Shown here: positions 23,443 through 35,900 of the stretch, in pieces
How the letters are laid out: every line of letters starts with the position of its first letter
How positions within the stretch are numbered: position 1 is the stretch's first letter
Origin: Lingula anatina
Taxonomy: Eukaryota; Animalia; Brachiopoda
NCBI GenBank assembly: GCA_051362555.1
Contig: CM120640.1
Coordinates: 26,708,225 to 26,772,224, forward strand
DNA length: 64,000 nucleotides
Reading direction: 5' to 3'
Translations under genes and position numbers: made by a program
The notes under the pieces: generated by a model
Told to the model about the DNA's origin: nothing
What the model saw: only the letters and a program-made list of their open reading frames with translations
Databases searched by the model: none

Positions 23443-26400
23443 ATGGCATCGCTATTTAGAAAGTGCATGAGATTGCGGCCCTTCTCGTCGCCTCTTAATA
23501 AGCTTAGAGGTAAGGTAATTGTGTGAAATATCTATAATAATTCAAATGTTTATGTTCTTTGGCTATTATCAAAGTCAATCCACTTATTGCACCTACCGTC
23601 CAAAGTGCATTGTTATCATAAAGTTATCTAACCTCGACCTTTTGCTTAACAAAAGTGAAAAGGTCCTTTGAATGCATGTTATGAAAAAAGTTTTATGGGA
23701 TTTAATTTTTAAATGACGAGAGGCATTTCAAGGTTTTGTCTCAAAAGTTTTATGAAGTGTATTGCAGAATTTTTTAAATTTATTTTTATATTAAAATATT
23801 TTACAACCAAAATATGTGTAATAAAGGCACCAGTAAACTGTTGTACACGAATACATGCAGTAAACAATATATTTACTTCAGAGTAATGTATGAACCTCAA
23901 AACAAATGTAATAAAGACTAAAGTGAACTCTACATTCTGCACCTTATCTGTGCCAGGTTGCAGGGTATGATCTGAAACTGAAATGATGCTTTTGCTAACC
24001 AGCATTGCTTGCACAGATAGTTTAATTTTCCTTTTTATTCCCACAGACTGCAAGGTTCGCTGTTTGGGGAGTCTAGCCACCCTATCAGATACGCACCAAA
24101 TGTTACATAAGACATGCAAAGATTTTGCAGACAATGAACTGAAACCCATTGCTGGACAGTTAGACAAAGAACACAGATTTCCAGCAGAGCAGGTGATGAT
24201 ACAGAATTCTAGAAAGTAACCCTGTCTATTTAGGGTTTTCTTACAGTATCATTCCTGTTTAATGTCTCTATGTATGTTGGGGGGGGGGGGGGGGGAGGTC
24301 ATTGTTAAGTTATTTTCATTTCATCATTATGTTTATTTATTTATTTATTTAGAATTTTGTCCTTGGAGTATAATAGTTTCTAAAAACAAAGAGAGCTTCT
24401 GTTCTAAGGACACAAGGTAATTTTTTTATTGTTTCAAATAAATGAGTAAGAAAAGTGACTTAAAATGGAACAGTTTCAAAATATAATACATAAAAATCAT
24501 TATTATGAATTTCAGTTATTTAAGAATCACTTTTGTCTCCCACAGAGTCATTTACTGCTCACTGATTCTATATTTTACAGTTTAAAAAATTGGGAGAGTT
24601 GGGCCTTTTGTGCATTACCGTTCCTGAGAGTGAAGGCGGGACTGGTTTAGACTATCTGGCATATGCCATAGCTTTAGAGGAGATCAGTCGAGGATGTGCC
24701 TCCACAGGTTGCATCATGAGTGTGATGAATGTAAGTAGTTTGCAATAAAGATTAATGTAAGATTATTTTTTATGGATAGCAGAAATAAATTTCACACATT
24801 TTTCTAAATTCTGACAACATAATTCAGAAAGTATTTTAATATATAACTTGTAGACAGCTGTCAGAATGTTGTACGTTATTTTGTTTGCTTACATTTGGTT
24901 AAACATGGTTCTCATGTCTTCAATACAGGCATAATTGAATTGTTTAAAATACATCATCCTTATTTCAGAATTCAGGTTATCCTTGTTCCACCTTTTCTTT
25001 TAGTCCTTATATTTGACTCCTATACAAATTAATGGTAATGAGCAGCAATATGAGAAATACCTTAGACCCTTCCTTCATGGTGAAAAAGTGGGATGTTTTG
25101 CACTCAGTGAACCAGGTAAAGAGGCTAAAAGTGATTAAAAAGATGTCCAATATATTTGCTTTGCTTACTTTTTGAATTGGGTTATAATTATATAAAATGT
25201 CTCACTTTTATATATGTACAGCAAGTAAATAATTTATTTCTAAATTTATTTGAAAGGTATTGAAAAAAGATATATTTACTTTCACTTTTTCTTATGTAAT
25301 TTACTAATTCATATTTGAATGTGAACATTTTTTTCAATTATCTTTTTATGTACAGACACAGATGTGTCTGTACATATAGCCGTCATCTGCGTCTGTCGTC
25401 GCTGTCGCCGTCGTCGCCGTCGCCGTGCACTTTTACCGATAACACGATAAATGGAAAACTGTTTTTTCTTTTGGTATGAAACTTACAGAACTGATGAATA
25501 TTCATAATACGTAGGTCAAGGTCGAAAATCAGCATGATCGGGTCACTTTTAGGGAATTTATGTTGTTTTTTCACTTTTTTCAGCATATATGCAGCACTGA
25601 TAACACGATAAGTGGAAAACCATTTTACCTTTTGACTTGAAACTTACAAAACTGATGAATATTCATAATACGCAGGTCAAGTTCGAAAATCAGCATGATC
25701 GGGTCACTTTTAGGGAATTTATGCTGTTTTTTCACTTTTTTCAGCATATATGCAACCCCGATAACACGATAAGTGGAAAACCATTCTACCTTTTGGCTTG
25801 AAACTTACAAAACTGATGAATATTCATAATACACAGGTCAAATTCGAAAAATCAGCATGATTGGGTCATTTTTCGGGAATTTATGCTGTTTTTTCACTTT
25901 TTTCAGCATATATGCAGCACCGATAACACCATAAGTGGAAAACCAATTTACCTTTTGGCTTGAAACTTGCAGAACTGATAAATATTCATAATACGCAAGT
26001 CAAGTTCGAAAATCAGCATGATTCGATTATTGTTAGGGAATTTATGCTGTTTTTTCACTTTTTTCAGCATATATGCAGCACTGATAACACAATAAGTGGA
26101 AAACTGTTTTTTCATTTGGCTTGAAACTTACAGAACTAATGAATATTCATAATACGCAGGTCAAGTTTGAAAATCAGCAAGATCGGGCAATTTTTATGGA
26201 AGTTATCCTGTTTTTTTTTTTTGGTTTGTTTGTTTGTTTGTTTTTTTCAATTTTTTCAGCACTTTTATAACACCGGTAACATGATAAGTGTAAAAATGTT
26301 TTTCCTTTTGGATTGAAATTTACAGAACTGGTGAATATTTATAGTACGCAGGTCAAGTTTGAAAATTGGCACGATTGGACTTTTTTTACAAAAGTAATGC

Positions 26401-29400
26401 TGTTTTTTTCCCTTTATTCAGCATACATGCAACACTGATAACGCATTTTAAGGAAAACCAATCAGCCTTTTGTCTTGCAACTCACAGGAGTGATCAATCT
26501 GACCAGTATACAGATCAAGTTTGAAAATAAGCTTGATCAGTCAAGTTTTGATGAAGTTATTAGCCTTTTTGTATATAAGTGGTTTTTCTTCAGATTTAAT
26601 TCTTAAGCATGTTAACAGTCTCATTACGGAACTAATTGGATATGTAAAAGTGTTGTTTTAACATTTTCTGCTTCTTAACAATATTGTTAGTTGATTATAT
26701 AAAAATGACGGTAAACTATTATCGTGCATTGTGTAATAAAGTATCAAAAATGGAAAGGAACTCATCATTGCAGTTGGTCAGATTCAATCATTCACTATGT
26801 TCAGAATCTCCAAATGGAGCTAATTGGACATTATAAATTGTTCTATTGATATTTTTCCTATGTCAACAATTTTCCTAGTTGATCATTTAAAAATGACAGT
26901 TAATTGATTATGGTTTTATGTAAAAAAGGTGTTGAAAATGGAAAGAAAATCATTTCAGTACAGTTATCTCTTGTTAACATTTTGGCATTTTGAAAGTGTG
27001 ACCCTAACTTCCATGTCCTTGGAGACCTTTCCATATCACATTTTCTGAATATCCATGATACTTTTATTTTTTTATAAAAATAATTGATGGTCATTATGTT
27101 GTTAAGTATTATGTTATATTGCATGAAAGATAAAGAAAACCCTATTTTGGACACTGCTGCCAGGATAGCAATTAAGGGAAAACCATGTTACTTATGATAA
27201 TCAACCTTACTGAAAAGACTGAAGTGCAGCTTGTGTTGGAAAACCATCGTAATTGTTTTCTGTTTTGAAAGCAATGCAGTACAGTGCTATTTGGTGCAAT
27301 AAATGTGTAGCGGACCACGAGTAATTGAAGCAACACCATTGGATAATACTGCCGTTTATTCACGCAGTGAACAGAACTGAACAGAATCTGAACAGAAACT
27401 GAACAAAAACTGAACAGAAACTGGACAAAACTGGTGAAAACTATAAAAAGAAAAGAAAAAGAAAAAATAATAATAACAAAACAGTAAAATAATGAGATAA
27501 ATAAACTAAATATAGTAAACTTAATTCATGAGATCTTAACAACAAATAATTGATCTTTACAAGCGTGTAAGTTTTCTCTAATTATTTATTTAATTTTAAA
27601 ACACTCACACTAGAACAATATCCAGACTCGCTTTCTCCGCTAGCAACTGGCTGCTCAGATACGGCCATAGAAATCTGAGCTGGTACTGTAAATTTATTTG
27701 ATAACATAAATATACATGTGCGTGTTGGTCATGGAAAAGCCACACCCATACTAACATAAACTTTAAATAAACACGATGCTCATAACTTATGTTACTGATT
27801 AAACTTAAGTAAACTTATGTAAACTTTTGTAAACTACACAATATACCTCTATATAAGTGAATTACACTTTATTAAACACATAAATTTTACACAATCTACA
27901 CGTAATATCGTAACATACCTCCACTCTGCCAGTAAGTATATAAATGACCGCGCAGAGTACATGCAACATCGGCTTTTATACAGTTGATCACATGACTAGA
28001 TGAATAGATGTTACTTAATATTGAGCAGCGTTCTAGTGTCTTCTCTAACTATATAAATAAACATAAGAACAGCGTGGAAAAAATAAAATAAAAATGATAA
28101 CTTATATAATTTCTGCCGTGTCGGCAACAAAATGTATATGGATAGTAGGCAGTTAATTCAGGGTTATAAAATAATTTGCTTAATTGATTTTCAAGTTATT
28201 TCAGGGTTATAAAATAATTTGCTTAATTAATTTTCAAGTGGGCATTAAATGAGATTACATAAACACTCATTGAGATTTCATTGTAAAGGCCCATCGGTTT
28301 AGCTTTCTTAACTGTGTCACATAATTAGGAATCGATGATTATTATGCAGGTAAATGTTATTTAATATGGAAAATAAGTTTACAAAAAAAAATTTGTGTAA
28401 CGCTTACATTAATGCTAAAGATGAATAACAGTGCCTTATTATTCTCAAACTCAATAGGGTTATTCATATCATGTTAGTAATTGTACAGCTAGATTAAAAG
28501 TTTGAATAGCAGCTTTATTGGTATTTTTTGTTATGTTTTATTTTACATTTTTTAATTTTTTATGCTGTTTTTTCACTTTTTTCAACATATATGCAAAATT
28601 AATAACACAATATAAGAAAAACAGCTTAGCCAATTGTCATTATACTCACAGGAGTGGTCAATCTTACAAAAATGCAGGTTGAGTTCGAAAATCAGCGTTA
28701 TAGGGCCATTATTTTAGAAGTTGTACTGTTTTTTCAAATTTCCTCAGATTCAATTCTTAGGCATGTTAACAGTCTCATTATTGAACTAATAAGATACGTA
28801 AAAGTGTTTGTTTGATATTTCCTGCATCTTTACAACATTGTTAGTTGATTATGTAAAAATGATGGTAAACTTGTTATTATGTATTGTGTAATCAAGTGTC
28901 CAAAACGGAAATAAACTCATATCATTGCAGTTTGTCTGATTCAATCATCCACATCTGCCATGATGACCATGATAGGAAAACCGTGTTACTTATGATTGTC
29001 AAACTTTCAAAAAAGAAACACAGGACTAAAATGCAGCCCGAGTTGGAAAAGCAGTCTAATGGGCTTCTTTTTCTGGAAGTTATACATTCTAGTGAAATAT
29101 TCATTATCTTTTTGGCATATTCATTGTGGGACTCGGAGTTCCCATGGACATGAAGCCGGATGGTAATCAAATTTTCTACATGTTCATGCTATTTATAGTC
29201 AATAATCAAAAATTGGTGATAATTATTCTATAATTTATTATGTAATGTTACATCAAAATTGACAATAATCTTTTTGCACTGCTACTGCAAACATTATGAA
29301 AAGAAAAATGTGTTATTTATTATTATATTTAACTTAAGAGTATGATTTTTAGGATTGGCATGCAGTTCAAATTAGAAAGCCAGCTGAATTGGGTTATCAT

Positions 29401-29891
29401 TTATTATTGAATTTAATGCAATTTTGTGTGAAATTTCATTTTTCTCATTCTGGCACTTTCTAAGTATAAACTTGAACTCTGATGGGCCTGAAGCCTTATG
29501 CTTTTACTTTCGTCGGTGTTACCTGTTGTGCAAAATTAAAATTTGATGTTGACTGTGCAGTTAAACATAATGTATTATTGCATCAGAAGTGGTAGTCTCC
29601 TATTTTGTGCATTTTTGTTTTGTGCTCTTCTTAAGTTGTGACTTATGGGCCTGAAAGACCTTTGAGAGGGTCAGTCTATAAATTTCCCTTGGGTATCACT
29701 TCGCTAATTTCAGTTATAAAGTAATTTGCCTAATTGATAGGCTACATAAAGCACACTTGTGATTTGAGATTACATAAAGCACACTTGTTGATATTTCCCT
29801 GTAAACTCCCATAGGTTAAGCTCTCTGCTAGATTAATAATAAGGAAGCAGTGATAATTATGCAGGTAAATTTTGTTAAATATTGCAAATAA

Positions 29892-29954
<63 letters not shown>

Positions 29955-32900
29955 AACTGAAAGATTAAAAGTTTGAATAGCAGCTTCATTGGAATTATAT
30001 TTACCTCTGCCAAGGAGGTACGTTATATTTTCACCCCTGTTTGTCATCAACATAACTCAAAAAGTTATGGACCGATTTTGCTGAAATTTTCAGGAACTGT
30101 CAGGAGTGGGCCAAAGAGGACAAAAATCAATAATAATCAACAATTGCTACCTTGGCAGAGGTCTGCACTCTCGGAGTGCTTTTCTAGTTTTGTTATGTTT
30201 TCCTTTATAATTTTTTCTCAAACACTTGCATTTGTGACTTTTAACTCTCATCCGCCTGAGACTCTGACATTTCTGTATTTCCACATAAGCAGTTGTATTG
30301 TTTTTTATGTCTTTAAACATTATGTTACTTATGTAATATTATTTTATGCACTGTCATCATTTTTCAAATATTGAGACTTTCATCATGTGAATTTGAACTC
30401 TCATGGTCCTGAAACTGTAATCTTATTGAAAGGGTAGATTGAGACCATCTTCTGGGACTTCTGGAAGACAGTCAGGTTATTAAGTTTATATTGCCTGGTA
30501 TGTATTTTTTCTTCTGTTGGAAGACCATCAAAATGGAGGATGGATCAAAATAGATACTTTGGAATACTGTCAGAGAATATCTCTGGGTCCGCTCACGTTA
30601 TTGACCATTTTACCTGTTGTGCATGATTAAAATTCAGTGTTGACTGATAGTGCTATTATAAGCATTATTTATTATTGCATCAAAATTGACAAAATGACCT
30701 TTTTTGCATCTTTATTTTCTGTTTTTTGTCTGTACATTTGACAGCTTTGCTGCCTTGTTTTCAATATTAATTTGCATGTCAAGTTTATTTCATATTATCT
30801 TGCTATAAATAGGTAATGGCAGTGATGCAGGTGCAGCCTCGACAACAGCCAAGCTTGTAGGTGACCACTGGGTACTGAATGGAAGCAAGGCTTGGATAAC
30901 AAACTCTTATGAAGCTGAGGCAGCTGTGGTTTTTGCTACCACAGACAAATCTAAGTATCACAAGGTAATAGTGAAGTTATGTTTCAAGACTATTATATTA
31001 GTGAGAACAGTTACAAAACTAGCATGGTATGATTTATGTGTTGGTTTGTGAAACCAGTTTAATGTGTGATTAAATTAAAATTCTGAAATAATAGCAAAAT
31101 TTGCAGGTGAAAAAGATGGTACATTGGGTTTGAAAAGTTAACTGTACTGGTATTGGTTCCATGCCTTATTTGTGTCCCTAGGGTATCAGTGCTTTCATAG
31201 TTCCAATGCCAACAGAAGGATTGAGTTTGGGGAAAAAAGAGGACAAGCTTGGAATCAAGGCCACCTCAACATGCACTTTGAATTTTGATGACTGCCACAT
31301 ACCAAAAGAAAACTTGTTAGGGGCACCAGGAAATGGATTCAAAATTGCCATGGTATGTATTTTTAGCAATATTTTCTACTTTTAATATGTTTTTGTTATT
31401 TATATCTTCTTTTATATTAATTGTAATTGGAGCAAATATTTAACAATTTGATGCTAAGTTCCCCCTAAATGTATGTATACTATGGTGTCTGTTACTTTTT
31501 AGCCAATTTTTCCTCCTGTTAAATAATAAATCTCATGAATATTGAAAATCTTTATTTCCAGCAAACCCTCGATGCAGGAAGAATAGGCATTGCTGCTCAG
31601 GGAGTTGGGATTGCACAGGTATCTTCAGGTCAAAGTACACAATGTGCTGTCATGTTTTAGATATGTATATTTACATTCAACAATTTCTCTTTTCTACATC
31701 AAATTCATAATTTGATGAAGAATTTGGTAGGAATCGCATAATCCTTTCCTTTAAGAGCAGGTGACATAGCAGCAGGATAGCAATTGATGTAATTTAGTTA
31801 TGTAGGAAATTATTTTTTGCAGTAGGTATTTTTATGCTGCAATAGTATTGACTGTGCATTAAAATAAATTGATGTTATATCTGTATTTATAGGCATCCCT
31901 TGAATGTGCTTTAGACTATGCTAACAAGAGGGAAGCATTTGGAGCACCCATTGCCAAAACACAGGCTATTCAGGTATGGAAGCACTTTTGTTTTATCTGT
32001 TCCCTTTATATCAAAGTTGATTTTTTCATTTGCTGATGGCATTCTTGTCATTTTAAAGAATTATAATATTACTTTTTTGGTACATCCAGATGAAGATAGC
32101 TGATATGGCATTAAGAATAGAAAGCTCTAGGATGTTGATGTGGAAAGCAGCCATATTGAAGGATAATGGGCTTAACTTCACGAAGGTATGACACTGGTCA
32201 GGTCTTATTTATTTATGTATTTTATTTTATTTTTATCATTTTTTTTTTCGGGGGTGAGGGGGTGAGGTGAGGGGCAGTAACCCCCAAAAATAATTCTATC
32301 AGTTTTCATGTTACATGGATTACTTCAGGGAAAAGGGTGAAGAAACCACAGTTATGGTAATGACTCAATCTTTTCAGTGGGAGAAATTATCAATCCTATT
32401 GAAATATATAACTTAAGAATCATTAAAAATTTATATTTCTATTATAGTACTTGTGGTATTTTTACTCATAAGAATAGAACTAAAGGGTCGCCTGCTTTTC
32501 AATTTTGTTGCTACCACATTGTAGGAATGTTCTTATTTGAAGAATTTATGGCTTACATAAATAAAGTATTTGTAAAATTTACAATTTTTTCCATTAAAAA
32601 GAATTATGTAAGGGTTTTCTTTAAACGGAAAAGAATAATAATAAATATTCATTGTTAGGATTTTAAAAAAAGACTTTCATGATTTTGTACAATTTGTTTT
32701 ATAGGAAGCTGCCATGGCCAAACTTGCAGCATCAGAGGCAGCAACATTTTGTGCACATCAGGTGTGTAAATAATTGAATTAGCCAATAGAATTGTCAAAA
32801 TTGTCCTTTTCACTATTATATAAGATGCACTCTAGAATTTTAAGTGTGTCTTATTCAGGGTTTCATTTTCTTTTTGTAAACATACTAAAGGGATAATAAC

Positions 32901-35900
32901 TCTTCATTTTGGCCAAAAAATGAATTTTCCTGGAGTAAACAACAATTTTTCCATACTTACCAATGGTTAATGAATCCATTTTTACATTCAAAGTTAGTCC
33001 CTGGTTTTTATGTACAGACACAGATGTGTCTGTACATATAGCCGTCATCTGCGTCTGTCGTCGCCGTCGTCGCCGTTGCCGTGCACTTTTACCGCTAACA
33101 CAATAAGTGGAAAACTGTTTTTTCTTTATGTTTGAAACTTACAGAACTGATGAATATTCATAATACGCAGGTCGAGTTCGAAAATCAGCATGATCGGGTG
33201 ACTTATATGGAATTTATGCTGTTTTTTCACTTTTTTCAGCATGTATGCAGCACCGATAACACGATAAGTGGAAAACCATTTTACCTTTTGGCTTGAAACT
33301 TACAGAACTGATGAATATACATAATACGGAGATCAAGTTCGAAAATCAGCGTGATTGGGTCATTTTTAGTGAATTTAGGCTATTTTTTCTCTTTTTTCTG
33401 CATATGTGCAGCACCGATAACACGATAAGTGGAAAACCATTTTACCTTTTGGCTTGAAACTTACAGAACTGATGAATATTCATAATACGCAGGTCAAGTT
33501 CGAAAATCACTTATCGGGTCACTTATAGGGAATTTATGCTGTTTTTTCACTTTTTTCAGTATATATATGCAACACTGATAACACAATATAAGAAAAACAG
33601 ATTGGCCAATTGTCATTATACTCACAGGAGGGGCCAATCTTACTAAAACACAGGTTGAGTTTGAAAATCAGCATAATCAGTCCATTATTTTAGAAGTTAT
33701 GCTGTTTTTTCACATTTCCTCACATTCAATTCTTAGGCATGTTAACAGTCTCATTATTGAACTAATAAGATACGTAAAAGTGTTTGTTTGACATTTCCTA
33801 CATCTTTACAACATTGTTAGTTGATTTTGTAAAAATGATGGTAAACTTGTTATCATGTATTGTGTAATAAAGTGTCAAAAATGGAAATAAACTCATATCA
33901 TTACAGTTGGTCAGATGCATTCATCCACTATGTTCAGAATCTCAGAATGGAGGAAGTTGGACATTTAACACTGTTCTATTGATACTTTTCCCATCTCATC
34001 AATTTTCTTCATTGGTCATATAAAAATGGCAGTAAACTATTTATTTTGTTTTATGTTAAAAAAGTGTTAAAAATGGAAATAAACCCATTTCAGAACAGTG
34101 CTGTCTTGTTTACATTTTGGCATTTTCAATATGTGACTTTGAAGTTCCATGGGCCTGAAGACTTTTGCTAGTTACATTTTCTGAATAACCATGATACTAA
34201 TATTTTATAATTAAAAATTGATGGTCATTATGCTGTAAAACATTATGTAATATTGCATCAAAATTTGAAGAAACCCCTATTTTGGGCACTGCTCCCATGA
34301 TGACCATTTAAGGAAAATCATGTCACTTACTGTTCTCAAACTTACAGGAAAGAAACATGGGACTAAAATACAGCTTCAGTAGGCAATGCAGTCTGTTTGG
34401 TAAATTTTTCTGGCAATTAAACAGTTTTTTGTGAAAATTTAATTTTTCACATATTGGCATTTCCAAGGTGTGACTTCGAACCTCCACGGGCTTGAAGACC
34501 CATGCTAGTCACATTTTGTGAAAATCCATGACACTTATATTTTATTATTAAAAATCGATGGTCATTATGCTGTTAAGCATTATGTAATGTTGCATCAAAA
34601 TAGAAGAAAACACAATTTTTGGTGCTGCTGCCTTGATGACCATTATGGGAAAACCGTGTTACTTATGACTGTCAAACTTTCAAAAAAGAAACACAGGACT
34701 AAAATGCGGCCTGAGTTAGAAAAGCAGTCTAATTGGCTTCTTTTTCTGGAAATTATACATTTTAGTGTAATATTCATTATCTTTTTGGCATATTCATTGT
34801 GGGACTCGGAGCTCCCATGGACATGAAGCCAAATGATAATCCTATTTTCTACATGTCCATCCTATTTATAGTCAATAAACAAAAATTGGTGATAATTATT
34901 CTCTAATTTATTATGTAATGTTACATCAAAATTGACAACAATCTTTTTGCACTGCTACTGCAAACATTATGAAAAGAAAACTGTGCTACTTATTATGATT
35001 TTAAACTTACAAGTACGATTTTTAGGATTGGCCTTCAGCTCATGAGAAAACCAGATCTATTGGATTATCATGTTTATTGTATTTATGCATTTTTTGTGAA
35101 ATTTTCATTTTTCTCATTCTGGCACTTTCTAAGTATAAACTTGAACTTTGATGGGCCTGGAGCCTTATGCTTTTACTTTCGTCTGTGTTACCTGTTGTGC
35201 ATAAGTTGATGTTGACTGTGCAGTTAACCATAATGTATTATTGCATCAGGATTGGTAGTCTCCTATTTTGGGCATTATGGTTTTGTGCTTTTCTTAAGGT
35301 GTGACTTATGGGCCTGAAGACCTTTGAGTGGGTCAGTCTGTAAATTACCCTTGGGTATCAGTAGATCAATTTCAGAGTTATAAAGTCATTTGCTTTAATA
35401 GGCCATTAAATGAGATTACGTAAAGCACACTTATTGATATTTCCCTGTAAACTCCCAAAGGTAAAGCCCTCTGCTAGATTAATAATAAGGAAGCAGTGAT
35501 AATTATGCAGGTAAATTTTGTTTAATATTGCAAATAAGTTATATATATATATATCAAACTGGAAGATTAAAAGTTTGAATAGCATCTTCATTGGAATTAC
35601 GGTAATGTGCCAAGCATTTCGACGGGCCCAGTCAATCCGACCACAAAAATTATTTTATAAAATTAATTTTTCTGGGCTCAAACAATTAGTCCATACGTCA
35701 AAATCATGGGGCACAATTTTTTTCTTGTTCCGATTGTTCGACCACATCGTCGACAAGACTCGGTAAATTTTCAAGCCAGTGAAATAGATGCTGCATGCCT
35801 CGGCCCTTTGTCAATTGTTGTCCTTTCAATAACTCTCGTCAATGAGGAAGAAACAATTAACTGAAGATCTAATCTGGAAGCATGACGTACCTGTCTTTTC

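Larger units (their letters stand above)
25345..30758 (+). mobile_element. Large non-autonomous Helentron-associated (HINE/DINE-1/pearl-like) element, copy 1, ACADS intron 4
   Basis: 5' 13-bp hairpin TATGTACAGACAC-agat-GTGTCTGTACATA, (GTC/GCC)n microsatellite, 161-bp tandem array, 3' subterminal IR GTCTGTACAT followed by small hairpin CAGC-ttt-GCTG and TTGTTT; T-rich flanks, no TSD. Confidence 0.8.

Noticed and set aside
25438-26580. Regular repeat array as a possible CRISPR
   Set aside because: Contiguous 161-bp units with no unique spacers, in a eukaryotic intron, with no cas genes.
31619-31892. ACADS intron beginning GTATCTTC as a possible U12 intron
   Set aside because: Deviates from GTATCCTTT and has no TCCTTAAC branch point near the acceptor.
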